A DNA stretch of 64,000 bases, taken from contig JAQGDQ010000058.1 of NCBI GenBank assembly GCA_030141605.1, forward strand, positions 30,388 to 94,387. The letters run 5' to 3'. The translations under genes were made by a program, and so were the position numbers. The DNA comes from Tubiluchus corallicola. Its lineage: Eukaryota > Animalia > Priapulida. This document shows, in pieces, positions 50,254-61,881 of the stretch (position 1 is the stretch's first letter; each line of letters opens with the position of its first letter). The notes under the pieces were generated by a model. That model did no database searches and was not told the origin of the DNA. It was given only the letters and a program-made list of their open reading frames with translations.

Positions 50254-50720
50254 CAAGTTGTGTGCATTAATTTTGATATTTCTCATCTAAGACCAAGTTG
50301 TGTGCATTAATTTTGATATTTCTCATCTAAGACCAAGTTGTGTGCATTAATTTTGATATTTCTCATCCAAGACCAAGTTGTGTGCATTAATTTTGATATT
50401 TCTCATCCAAGACCAAGCTGTGTGCATTAATTTTGATATTTCTCATCCAAGACCAAGCTGTGTGCATTAATTTTGATATTTCTCATCCAAGACCAAGTTG
50501 TGTGCATTAATTTTGATATTTCTCATCCAAGACCAAGTTGTGTGCATTAATTTTGATATTTCTCATCCAAGACCAAGCTGTGTGCATTAATTTTGATATT
50601 TCTCATCCAAGACCAAGTTGTGTGCATTAATTTTGATATTTCTCATCCAAAACCAAGTTGTGTGCATTAATTTTGATATTTCTCATCCAAGACCAAGTTG
50701 TGTGCATTAGTTTTGATATT
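50254..50720. repeat. 40-bp minisatellite, about 11.5 near-identical copies
   Basis: GACCAAG(T/C)TGTGTGCATTAATTTTGATATTTCTCATC(C/T)AA head-to-tail with no spacers. Confidence 0.95.
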
Positions 50721-51315
50721 TTTAATCTGAGATCGATTTTTTGCGCAGCTTTTTGGAGATTCTTTCCATTATTTTTACTGTAAAGTTGTTTTGGAAAAAT
50801 GTGATGGCCTTCTTACAACTGATAATGTCATAAATGCCCGATATTGTAATAACGGAAAAAACGGCAACAAAACGGTGCCGGCTGTTGACATTGAACAGCA
50901 CTTTATTTGTTTTTTTCGTTTAGATAGGTAGCGCTTCTTGTAGAGCAATGGCTTCTCAAAAATTACATATTTTGTCAATTTTCGAGTCATAACTCAGGCG
51001 GGTCAAAGGTTCAAAGGAAATGATAGGCCAAGATGGCCCTCTGACCTGACTACATGCACACTAAATTTATAGTTAGGGTTAAGTGGCTCTGCTATGACAA
51101 AAACTTGGGATTAGCACTTTTTCAGAACCTTTTTCAGAACCCATATCTCCGCCATTTTGAACTCAATTCAAGTGATTTTTGGTAATCAGGTGCACAGTGA
51201 CGCCACATGCCACAGTCCGAATTTCATTAAAATCGTTTGAAGTACTAAGTAACTTTTTTGACCAAATGTAAAATCGCTTATTTAGTGTTATACTGTAAAC
51301 CTACTCGACCTGGTG

Positions 51316-51575
51316 GAGGAAATGATGCACCAGCGAAAATATAGACGGGCGAAGAGTACGACTATTTACATCCTTTTTTCCGCTGTTTCTATTATCAACA
51401 GGCGAAATGATGCACTGACGAAGTGTACCACTATAATAAAAACTTTTTGCACTATTTCTATAATCAACTGACGAAATGATGCACTGGCGTAAAGGTAGAC
51501 TGACGAAAAGATAGACTGGCGAAGCGATAGGCTGGCGAAATGATGCACTGGTGAATTGTTCCCCGGCAAAACGAC
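51316..51575. repeat. Degenerate 16-17 bp repeats (CTGGCGAAATGATGCA)
   Basis: About 10 variants of ctg(g/a)cgaaatgatgca; probably subterminal repeats of a non-autonomous DNA transposon. Confidence 0.6.
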
Positions 51576-51864
51576 ATACAATTGCAAGCCTGACTTAATA
51601 ATGTTCACCACTTACATACTCCAAAATATAAAACTGTTTACAGTATACAAGAAAACTGCACCCAGTAACAATAATTCTACTAATTATTGCATTGTCGGTT
51701 GTTATGTTATACGTTGCTGTGGTATGTTACAATATACGTCAAATTTCACGCTATTACTTCATGCGTTTTTTTGAGTCTTATATTATGCGTTAATTTTTTA
51801 TTACTTTATCGGTTAATTTTGTTTCGTTGTGCGTTGATTTGTTACATTATTTTGTTATTACATT

Positions 51865-52292
51865 TGTGAAAGATATTTGTGAAGTCGAAATTGAACACTT
51901 GTAGAAAACAACTAAACACTATAGTACAGGTTTGCACAAAACTAAAACACTTTTATTGCACTAAATACACAGTAAAATGCACAAGTAAAATGAAGATAAC
52001 TGCTGCACAGCACTGAGTGTGTGACAGAGAGACAGTGTGTCCCATGAGTTGTACGACTGCACTGCCTGAGACAGAGAGTGACTAGCAATGAAATCTAGCC
52101 AGTTTATATAGGTAGAGACTATGCAAGCACTTGGCTTCACATATCTCATTACAGTGAAAATAGGGGAGATACAGTGAGTTTGAATATTCACTGGACCGAA
52201 CAATTGTAATAAGGGGTGAATTGAACTAGTAAATGTTAAAGTAACTAATCAATAGATGGCAGCACCTAAAATATACAGTTACAACTTTCACA
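51865..52292 (-). mobile_element. Solo LTR (428 bp)
   Basis: Perfect 8-bp terminal inverted repeat TGTGAAAG...CTTTCACA, 5-bp TSD ACATT on both sides (51860-51864 / 52293-52297); minus-strand TATATAAA (52110-52103) and AATAAA (51957-51952). Confidence 0.82.
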
Positions 52293-52720
52293 ACATTATT
52301 GGGCGTTTATTACTTTATCACTTGTAACAGGTCTATTTGGTTCTGACCTATTGCTAAAGTAAAAGAATTGGTTCGATCCCTGATCTTCTGTGGCCAGATT
52401 TATCGACGATCTTATGAACGCTTTTACTCGTAAGACCTTCTCACAATTTACAAACATTCACAGAGTTACCAAGCATCAGGCTTCATAAGAGTTCAAGCTT
52501 CCTAGCGAACTTTCGTAAAATCTTTGATAAAATTGTAAGAACGCTTGATAATTACCACTTAAGACTTTTCTTAGGAAATTTGCAAGTTTTGCGTAAGATC
52601 GTGTTTCTGAATGTTTATACGAACGACATGAAAAGCCGACTTCTGGATCCGCAGTTTAGCGGTAAAACATATAGTAATAGTCATTATTCAAAAACTAACT
52701 TATCATATATACTAACTAGG

Positions 52721-52856
52721 ATTGATTCGATTCGATTTGAATCGAACTACTTCTGATGGTTTTAACATTGCTAAGTGACTAAGATCAGGGATATATTATC
52801 ACCACCTTTTCAATATATTTGTAAGTGATTTGCTGATTTTACTAAAATGAAGGTAT
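52721..52856 (+). mobile_element. Second, inverted copy of the same RT fragment
   Basis: attgattcgattcgatttgaatcgaactacttctgatggttttaacattgctaa...tattatcaccaccttttcaatat aligns by eye to the reverse complement of 49422-49555. Confidence 0.65.
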
Positions 52857-54495
52857 GGCCGACTGGGCGAATCAACCATAAATCATAGTCAGTACATCTG
52901 ACGTTATACCTTGTTAGTAAACAAATGTATGTCGTGTATTTGTATACTGTCTTCGCTGTTTATTTTATTAGGAGAGGATGTAATATATGTAAATGTTATG
53001 TTTAATGAATTTTAAAATAAAAACGTAATCATTATTATCATGAACAGTTAGCACAAGCTACATTGGAAAAAACACTGTTGCAAAAAATTGCAGAAGCAAA
53101 CTTAAAGTCATAAACGTTAACGGTTCTCACACTTTTGCATTGACCAATCACCACGCCACATGTGTCACAGGCAAATACTTGGCCCAATACAAAAAACTTA
53201 TTGTTCGTATAACATATTTAATCTGCAGTACTAACATCAGCAAGATCAATAAAAACGAACCGAAGTCTTTCAACATAATCAGTTTAATCAGACTTCAGCA
53301 TAGTAACTGATTACAAACTAGATCTGTATAATACGTTTCCTATACGTCTCGGGGTCTCTGAGGATGCGCTAACTCGATAAGGGTTTCCTCAGAGGTTAAT
53401 GCTATTCATTTAGTGCAAAGACGAAGATGAAGCATTTTCCTGAAGCATTCATGAGAAGCCATTGAAGTGGGTTGCATGACAAACACGTCGGTAAAGGTGA
53501 TGCAATTTAGCGCCGATGATTAGCTTTGATCTACAAATATAGGTATCTCTCTCAGATGAAAAGAACGCAAAGTAAAAATATTTGTACGAGTAATAAGCGC
53601 TGGACATTGTCCAGGGAATCACTAATGTGTAGTCTATCTGGTAAATAGCACATGCTTTCATTAATTCGCATGTTTTCAATGATAATTCGAACTGTAATTC
53701 ATATAGTTCTCTCCATAGAAGCGGCGAAGTGCAGGCCTCTAAAAGTGAACATCATGTCTACTGGTGCAGCTTTAATAAACTGAATCGAATATCAGTAAAA
53801 TTAATGGACGTTATGTAAGTAACCAACGATGACGTTTCAATAAAAGATCATTGCCGTCAAATTTTGTGCTCCAGTTTCTCCGAATAGCACACGATTTTTA
53901 ATGGCCAGTTCACCACATTCTAAAATACTAATTAACGACTTTTGTCCGACAAACATTAGCAAGTATCTCAGTCCAGGAAATAATTACAGCTGGACTGGAC
54001 ACAGTAACAAGTGCAAACAACCAGATAATTGCTCTACTCTTCTCGAAAATATTTCTTATACACATATTTCTCGTAATGGTGCAGGTGGTTAATAACGACA
54101 TACAACATGTAGAAAAGCATCATTTTCAACTAACTATAATTATAATGCAGCAATATATGTAAACGAAAAATGCGAGGAATCACATAGGAATCACAATCAA
54201 ATAGATTGACGCCTTGTCACACCCACCAGTAACATCACGTGAGTATAAGTACTTAATAGAACCACCCGCACTTGGATGGAAGACATGCAATCTATAAAGC
54301 TAACTGTATTCAGAATAATAAAAACTGTAAAATTGTAATGTTCTGCCCCGAAAAGTGTGATAAAACTTGTTTATAAGGTCTACAAAGAGTACAATCGATC
54401 GCACAACGATGGTTACTCTTTAGATGGACGATGTGGAGATTATATCTATCTTTAATTTTACGATTGTTGCATAGCTAATAATAACTGCAAAACAG

Positions 54496-54585
54496 TAGGC
54501 TTCCCATTACGCCACCATCATGTCGTATAAGCTAAAACGATAGGCTTCCCATTACGCCACCATTATGTCGTATAAGCTAAAACGA
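54496..54585. repeat. 45-bp tandem duplication
   Basis: TAGGCTTCCCATTACGCCACCAT(C/T)ATGTCGTATAAGCTAAAACGA x2. Confidence 0.9.
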
Positions 54586-55525
54586 TAATAAGTAAAAATA
54601 GTCACAAATATTTCAGGAACGCTATCTACAAGAACGTGCTAGAAACTAATTAAGAAACTACTTTTTGAAATAAAAAAATGATATTCGTCTTTCCTTTTTT
54701 ATACGATAGTGGACAGCTTAAACTTGACTTTTTGACGAACAGAATAGTTGTTTTCTTGCATTATTGACCATCGAGTTGAGTTAGCAGCTGGTCTAATTTC
54801 GGTGCTTGTGTATTCTATTTATACGCTTTACACAAATTACGCCAAAAAGTAAAAAAAAACAATTAAAAGTTAGCTGATGTCACTAAAATCTTTCTGTCTC
54901 GCCTGATGCATGATCCTCCATTTTTATATGATTTCATTTTCATTCTTAACCTTGTTACTCTTAACCTTAACTCTGTTTGGCTTTTGTCGTGTATATTTGC
55001 CGTGGATTTAGAATAGAGTCAAACTTTTACCCTCGCAACCTAGTGCTGATGGAAACGGACGGTGCAGACATCTACACGCATCTTAATAAGGGCGGTTGTG
55101 TAATTAACTTTACTTAAGATGGGCAGCAGAGCCGAGTATAAACCGATTTTATATGTGATTTCCGTCCCACTGATTCCATCTAATCTGACAGGACACGAAA
55201 TTAGAGCGGGAATACAGCAAGAGGTGCTTAACCCAGCAGGCGCAGGACCCAGCGAGGTTTATTGAACACACTGAAAGCCACAGAATAATATGTCAGTGGT
55301 AATTAAGACTTAAAAGGTGTTTTAGTGTACGATGAGCTTTTGTAAAGACTTCAATAATTATGGAATTATGAATCAATTGAACTAAAAATTGTTTCTAAGC
55401 GGATCGGACAGGTTTCTTTCAACCTTTTTACCTTCATTTCTTGATAATAGATATTTTTTTTGTTTTCCACTTTTGTGTATATTGGTACTCTTGAATGACT
55501 TAACATCCATTTTTCTAGGACATAC

Positions 55526-55687
55526 TAAGATAAGATAAGATAAGATAAGATAAGATAAGATAAGATAAGATAAGATAAGATAAGATAAGATAAGATAAGA
55601 TAAGATAAGATAAGATAAGATAAGATAAGATAAGATAAGATAAGATAAGATAAGATAAGATAAGATAAGATAAGATAAGATAAGATA

Positions 55688-55719
<32 letters not shown>

Positions 55720-55873
55720 ATAGGATAGGATAGGATAGGATAGGATAGGATAGGATAGGATAGGATAAGATAAGATAAGATAAGATAAGATAAGATAAGA
55801 TAAGATAAGATAAGATAAGATAAGATAAGATAAGATAAGATAAGATAAGATAAGATAAGATAAGATAAGATAA
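55526..55873. repeat. Compound pentanucleotide microsatellite (TAAGA)n-(TAGGA)10-(TAAGA)n
   Basis: Direct reading; TAGGA block at 55716-55765. Confidence 0.97.
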
Positions 55874-56593
55874 AAATGTTGATTTCGCAATGCATAACAA
55901 CAATAATATGCATACAAAGATGATCTCACTTTAAATATAAATTAGATGACATTGTGAGAGGGGGGAATACTAAACAAATATGAATGGTTCTAAAGATGAT
56001 TTGCTTAGTAAAATACAAAGATTTCGGCACTCGTCAGTGTTCTCCTTGGCGTAATTCGTTGTGCAATATAGGCAAGAATTTAGAATTGTAGCAATGAAAA
56101 CTTGTGTTTTCATTGTTTTCATATTTGCTCAGCCAATATAACGTGCTTATTGCGGCATTAGTAATTTCTTCATGTCAATCTTCACCGACTTCACGACCTC
56201 AGAAGTGCCTCTTCTTAGGTGACTTATTATTAGATACTGTTTTAAAATTCTTATCCGTTGATCTTTGTGTGGCGACAATCACCAAACTATGGCAACGTCA
56301 AAATTTTAACAAAATTTGTACGGAAGTGTCCATATTTGGCAAAATATAACTTCTTGAAAATTCGAATTTTGTTGCTTGATTTGTTTGGGACATTAATCTT
56401 CGTTTTAAGGCATCTAAAAACTTTAAAGAAATTGCCAGATTGTCATGGTAGAAAGTAAAAAATCGATTAGTAGCCAAATATTGTTTGATATGTACAGTTA
56501 TTACACTTTACCCTATGGACTATACGTCTTCATTAGTACGAAAGTATTGTAACACTACACAGACATTATGTTACTTATAACAAAAACTGTAAC

Positions 56594-56670
56594 TTTCAGA
56601 ACTAAAAGACGCAATGATTTAGCAATACTGGAAGCCTTACACATAAAACGCATCGGCCGCGCTGAACATC
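56594..56670 (+). mobile_element. Penelope-like element remnant (GIY-YIG C-terminal motif)
   Basis: FRTKRRNDLAILEALHIK-/-HRP-LNITDEH (frameshifted) resembles the LxIxEAxxIxxxxPxLN end of PLE GIY-YIG endonucleases. Confidence 0.5.
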
Positions 56671-57524
56671 ACAGATGAGCATACACTCTTTACTGCTGAA
56701 GTGCACTTGAGCAATTTACAGTACCAACAGTGCATCGTATCTTAGTGTGTTCAATGACAAAATGGCAGCTCCCTGGCAGTTCAGCAAACACAAGTTAAAT
56801 AGAGGCGCTGGCTTAGTACGGTCGCCATGTTGTTATTTAAGAGTAACATTACAAACCCACCATGTATTCTGACGACGGTAGAATTTGCTTGTAGAAATAT
56901 TTGCTATTTATTTGTACAAATACATATCACAAATGGAAACACTGAAGCGTCTGCTGCCCAGTACAGAAATTCACCATTACCAACACAAAGAGGTTCCACA
57001 AAACTTTCTAACAGGAAAAGTGATAAATTACTTGATGATAGTGATAGTAGAACTTGTAATTACGAGACCCAAAACGCTGATATAACAGATATATATTACC
57101 GCAGATATTAAAACAATTTATGTTCTTTTCTGCTATCTAATAACACCTTTGAGTCTCGGACTTTGGCACATTGGTCTAGCTTGGAGACGCTCTTAACTCG
57201 ATTAATTGACAGCTTAATTAAGGCAGATCTAGATTTGAGTAGCAACTTTGTGATCAATGCTATCAAAATCGCTCATCCAGCAATGCCAAAGCAACATACA
57301 GATATTTTTACACATGACGTGGCAATATTCCTAAGAGATAGTCGACGTCTCATCTGAGATTTAAACTCACTTGGATCAAGACAAACACCAGGAATAACAG
57401 TCTTGTATATTGTTCCAAGCCACAAATTTCAGGTTTTCCTGATCGTCAAATTACCATTGATTAGTTCCTTCCATATTCAGCTGACGTAATAACTGTCACT
57501 GACTCGTCAAACGCTTCTGAGATC

Positions 57525-58174
57525 ACTGCTTCACCAACCGTTCTTCAATCCACTGCCTCGCCAACTACTCCTGAAAACACTGCCTAGCCGACCACTCCTG
57601 AAACTACTGTCTTACCGATCGCTCCTGAAACCGCTGCCCCCCGGCAAGCACTCTTTAAACCCCTGCCTCGCGGACCATTTCCTGAAACCACTGCCTCGCC
57701 GACTACTCCTGAAAACACTGCCTAGCCGACCACTCACGACACTACTGTCTCATCGATCGCTCCTGAAACCGCTGCCCCCCGCTAAGCACTCTTTAAACCC
57801 CTGCCTCGCGGACCATTTGCTGAAACCACTGCCTCGTCGACTACTCCTGAAGCCACTGTCTCATCGACCACTCCTGAAACCACTGCGTCGTCGACCACTC
57901 CTGAAACCACTGGCTTTGTCAACCATTCCTGAAACCACTGGCTCGCCGACTACTCCTGAAAGCGCTTCCTCGCTGACTGCTCCTAAACCCACTGCCTCGC
58001 TGATCACTCCAGAAGTTGCTGCCTCACCAACCACTCTTGAAACCACTGCCTCCCGACTGCTCAAGAAACCATTGCCTCGCTGAACGCCCCTGAAACCACT
58101 GCCTCGTCAACCATTTCTGAAATCACTTCTTCGCCGACCACTTCTGAAACCACTGCCTCGTCGACCACTCCTGA
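57525..58174 (+). repeat. 27-bp degenerate minisatellite encoding TTPETTASP-like (mucin-type) repeats
   Basis: ACCACTCCTGAAACCACTGCCTCGCCG variants, with a 138-bp higher-order duplication (57550 / 57688). Confidence 0.85.
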
Positions 58175-58480
58175 GGGCCCGGATTCACGTACCGTGCTAA
58201 GCACACGCTTTGTGCGTACGAACGATTTACGCGTGCTTAAGGAATTAGCTGCGATTCACGTATCAGTGGAATGACTTGTATCACTCGTAAGTATGAAGTA
58301 CTAAGTGCACTTAAGCTCCGTATGCGTAAGCGATTTAGGTCGTAATTCGCTTGCATCACTTGCGAAGGAAGTTAAGCATGCGCAAGTCAAGTATTTAGGT
58401 GCGATTCACGAAACGCAAAACTGTCGTACAAGCGTGCGTACAGAGACGAGTGGTCCGTAAGTGTGCTTTAGCGGCGTATG
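58175..58480. mobile_element. Harbinger/PIF-like MITE left end
   Basis: Begins GGGCCCGGATTCACGTA, abruptly truncating the preceding repeat; GATTCACG recurs at ~58182, 58253 and 58404; CpG-rich. Confidence 0.45.
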
Positions 58481-59200
58481 TTAATAGTGGAAGAACGCAG
58501 ATAACCTCCTTGCAACAATCTTTTTTTAAATTCGATTATTTGTGCACTTCTACTTTAGATCGCTACTCTTTTTTGATAAATTTACTTGTATTGAAAAAAT
58601 GTATAAAATCAAATTGATCCTTCTGTATAATTTCTCTTAGAATTTTAAAATTGTTCTCGTTGCACCTTTTCCTCAACTGCGAAGCCACTGTACAGTATAG
58701 AAACTCTAGTCTAAACTTTGGATTACAGACCGATGCTCTTGGCAAAGACTTAACTTTTAGCAAGCCAACTTAAAACTGACCCTAATTTCTCCTTACGAGT
58801 AATAAGTTTATCTAGTAGCTAGGAGCTAAGGTAAAAAATAATTGATGGTACGATTCAGTATAACTATTGCTCCCTGTAGACAAAAATATTGTGCATTCTA
58901 AACTGAACTATATTTTGATATAGAATAATAACGAATAATACTCAGAAAAGAAGTCTAAATAAAATGATTGTCTAACCATTTTAATAAACATAACCGAAAA
59001 ATCTGCATTAATTTTTTGGCTTTAGCTTAAAATTTAGTGCATAAAGACAATGAATACGGTGACAGACTGTCAGTCCTCAGTGGGTCGCTCGGGGCCTAAA
59101 TGCGACTAAATTTTTGATCTGAAATAACCAGTATTCCAACACAAACGACCAACAGTAAGGTTCGTCAATAATTTTGAATTTTTGTTGCAACTTCGGCATA

Positions 59201-59658
59201 CCGTATTTTCCCGTGTATAAGAGACCCTTGTGTATAAGAGACCCCTTCAATTTTTAGGCAAAAATTCTGGAAAAAAGTTTTTTGGTAATGAATAACTTTA
59301 TTCATCATAGAAATCATTAAATTCCTCATCACTCTCATCAAAAATATCAACTGGAGTCAGACCTTCAGCAATTCCAGCCAGTTCATCATCAGAGGAGTCA
59401 CTCTGCTCAAAAATGGCATTGTCCTCTGTGCCGTCCATGGCATTGGAGATGCCACACTTCTTGAAAGATTTAATAATGACCTCTGGCTTTACACCATTCC
59501 ATGCCTTGAGGCACTTGTAGAGCACCTATTTCTTTAAAATCATTAGTGTCACAATTTATGCATCTTATTGAAAAGACTTACTCCCATGTATAAGAGACCC
59601 CCTATTTTTAAAGTGAAAATTCTGAGCAAAAAAGGGTCTCTTATACACGGGAAAATAC
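59201..59658 (-). mobile_element. pogo-family (POGK-like) non-autonomous deletion derivative
   Basis: TIRs CCGTATTTTCCCGTGTATAAGAGACCC / GGGTCTCTTATACACGGGAAAATAC (last 2 nt lost), TA flanks. Internal ORF fragment KAWNGVKPEVIIKSFKKCGISNAMDGTEDNAIF plus acidic tail matches a pogo transposase C-terminus. Confidence 0.88.
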
Positions 59659-60014
59659 TAATTATTCTATTATTACCAAACATTAAATTCTGTAAAATAG
59701 GCGAAATAGCGATTAAAATCTTATGAAGTTATGTTTGTTTTATAAAATTAGGAGCAGCCTATACTAAAGTTCGTCTACAATCACGTAACTATCATTCTTA
59801 TTTATTATATAAACTATAGTGCCAGAGACGAAAATTAGCCTAAAAAGAAAATCCGATTTGTAAGAAAAATCTAGCAGGTTTTTAACCATAATAAGTATGC
59901 ACAAAAGTGTCCTAAGAATACATTGACCGTGTATTAATTTGACTGTTGACCATTTTCTTGACTGCTAACCCCGACTGCTGTCTATAAAGATTGTTACGTG
60001 AATCGCACCGAATT

Positions 60015-60588
60015 CAGAGATGGGCGGATAGCGGATTTGCAGGCAAATCCGCACTAATTTAAAGACTGCGGATTGCGAATAGTGAGTTATGTGCAGATAT
60101 GTTAAGTTCGTTAAGCATTTGCTTGCGCATTAAAAGGATTGTTGCTACTTTAAAAGCCGTTCATCACTAGTTTGTTTTAAGATATTCTTATCACCTCTTG
60201 CTTTTGTGCTGCTTCCCGTCGTTCCAGATATTTTACCTGGAAATTCCCTGACGCTAAACATTGCTCATAATTACAAATATTACAGCTATTTACCTGAGCC
60301 TATTATGGTTTGTAATATGGTGTGATGGGCATGATATGGTTCAGTAATGTACCGTGTATATCGTGCTGTGTGAGTTGTCGTTGAGGGTTTACAAGTAAAA
60401 TTGGGGTCTGGCTAGTAATTTATTATTGATTCGCCATTATAACTCCTAGCTTCATACAAAAAAATGGTTATAGGGCTAGCAAGCCATGTTTGCGGATAAT
60501 GCGGATACGCAGATATTCAATTTTCACTCAATCTGAGGAGTGCAGATCTGCGGTTGAGGGTAAACGAGAAAGCGATAACCTATCTCAG
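60015..60588. mobile_element. hAT-like MITE (degenerate)
   Basis: Starts CAGAGATGGGCGGAT with clustered GCGGAT subterminal motifs at both ends; right end ATAACCTATCTCAG is an imperfect inverse. Confidence 0.35.
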
Positions 60589-60699
60589 GCCAGAACTAAA
60601 CCGCACTAAACAACACCCTACTTTCGAGAGCCTGTATAAATTCCCAGCGCTGATTTGCTATCAACGGCAGAAAAACCCGAAACGGCACAAAGGCAAGGT

Positions 60700-60904
60700 T
60701 ATGGTGCGATTCAGTAAAACATGCGTACGCGAACCTAAAGATCTATACGTGAATTGCATTTAACAACGTACTTACGACAGACAGCCAAACTTGCTTACGC
60801 AAAGCTTAAGAAGGGTACGTGAATTAGCTGCGTGAACGTGTTTAAGGTTCCCGCATGCAAATAAAGGTACACGTGTTTCGTAAGCAAGATACGTGAATCA
60901 AGCC
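60700..60904. mobile_element. Harbinger/PIF-like MITE right end
   Basis: Three TACGTGAAT motifs (the inverse of ATTCACGTA), ending TACGTGAATCAAGCC. Confidence 0.4.
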
Positions 60905-61839
60905 TAGTTTCCATGGACGGATGCTCTACTGCAATACTTGATGCGCCCGCGTAATTATTTTGTAGGCTCACCATCTGGATATTACGTCTTTGGTCCAGAA
61001 AGTTGACCTGCAGTTTCTCAACCAACTCTCGTTACAGTAATAATATATTAACAAGCTATTATTTTTACACTAAAAAATCAACTATAAAAATAATTATTGC
61101 TTATTTTAGTTTTACATGCTCATGTATTATAACTTTCACTAATCTTGCTTTTGCTTTAGTTGACTATTATATCTTTTTGTAAGAATAAGTTCTGGTCACT
61201 TAATATGTCTCAATATCGAATTGAGGCTCTGAGATTTAACCTTCGTAATGAATGCTCCTGGAACTTTTTCTAATTCACCCAGCTCATTGTACTTAACCTC
61301 AGCTCTTGCTAAATGCACGGCAGGATATCAATACAACGGCTTATATTTTCACCTTAAATTCGTCCCCCATAAAAAAATCAGTGATGGATTAGCTGTGGGG
61401 CTTATCCTACTTCTTCTTAAACGCAGCTAATTCTTATTTTTGGAAAAGGTAAAGGTGCAGAACCATTTCCTAGACGCGAATTTCTGTGGAAGTTTTTTTT
61501 AGTAGTCAAATTGCTTTTGGATGCGAGAAGTAAACGACAAGAATGGCAGCTGATTGAAATTCCCTTCAAACCCATCGAGACGAAGTCATTTCCTAACAGG
61601 AACTGAAAACGAATTCTGGGATGGAGCAAACCGGCACGTTAAAATGAGTAAAAAGGTTGCCGGCTTTATTTGAGGAATGTCATTTAGCTCAAGCAGTTTT
61701 TCAAAGAAAGCCATGTTTTCAAACTAACTTTTCTGAGCAGCGAATCAGTTGAGTGAGAAGTATTAGGTGTGTTAATATTTGGACGGACTTCTATTTACAT
61801 GTTGTACTTTACCCCATGTGAAACTGTATTGCATTTCGG

Positions 61840-61841
<2 letters not shown>

Positions 61842-61877
<36 letters not shown>
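61842..61877. repeat. (AT)n microsatellite
   Basis: Direct reading. Confidence 0.95.

Positions 61878-61881
<4 letters not shown>

Noticed and set aside
50254-50720. CRISPR-like array
   Set aside because: The 40-bp units are contiguous with no unique spacers, there are no cas genes, and the context is eukaryotic.
52340-52390. tRNA gene (GGTTCGATCCC B-box)
   Set aside because: No cloverleaf or proper A-box; at most a SINE remnant.
55382-55929. Three long ORFs with (ILSYL)n
   Set aside because: Artefacts of the stop-free strand of the TAAGA microsatellite.
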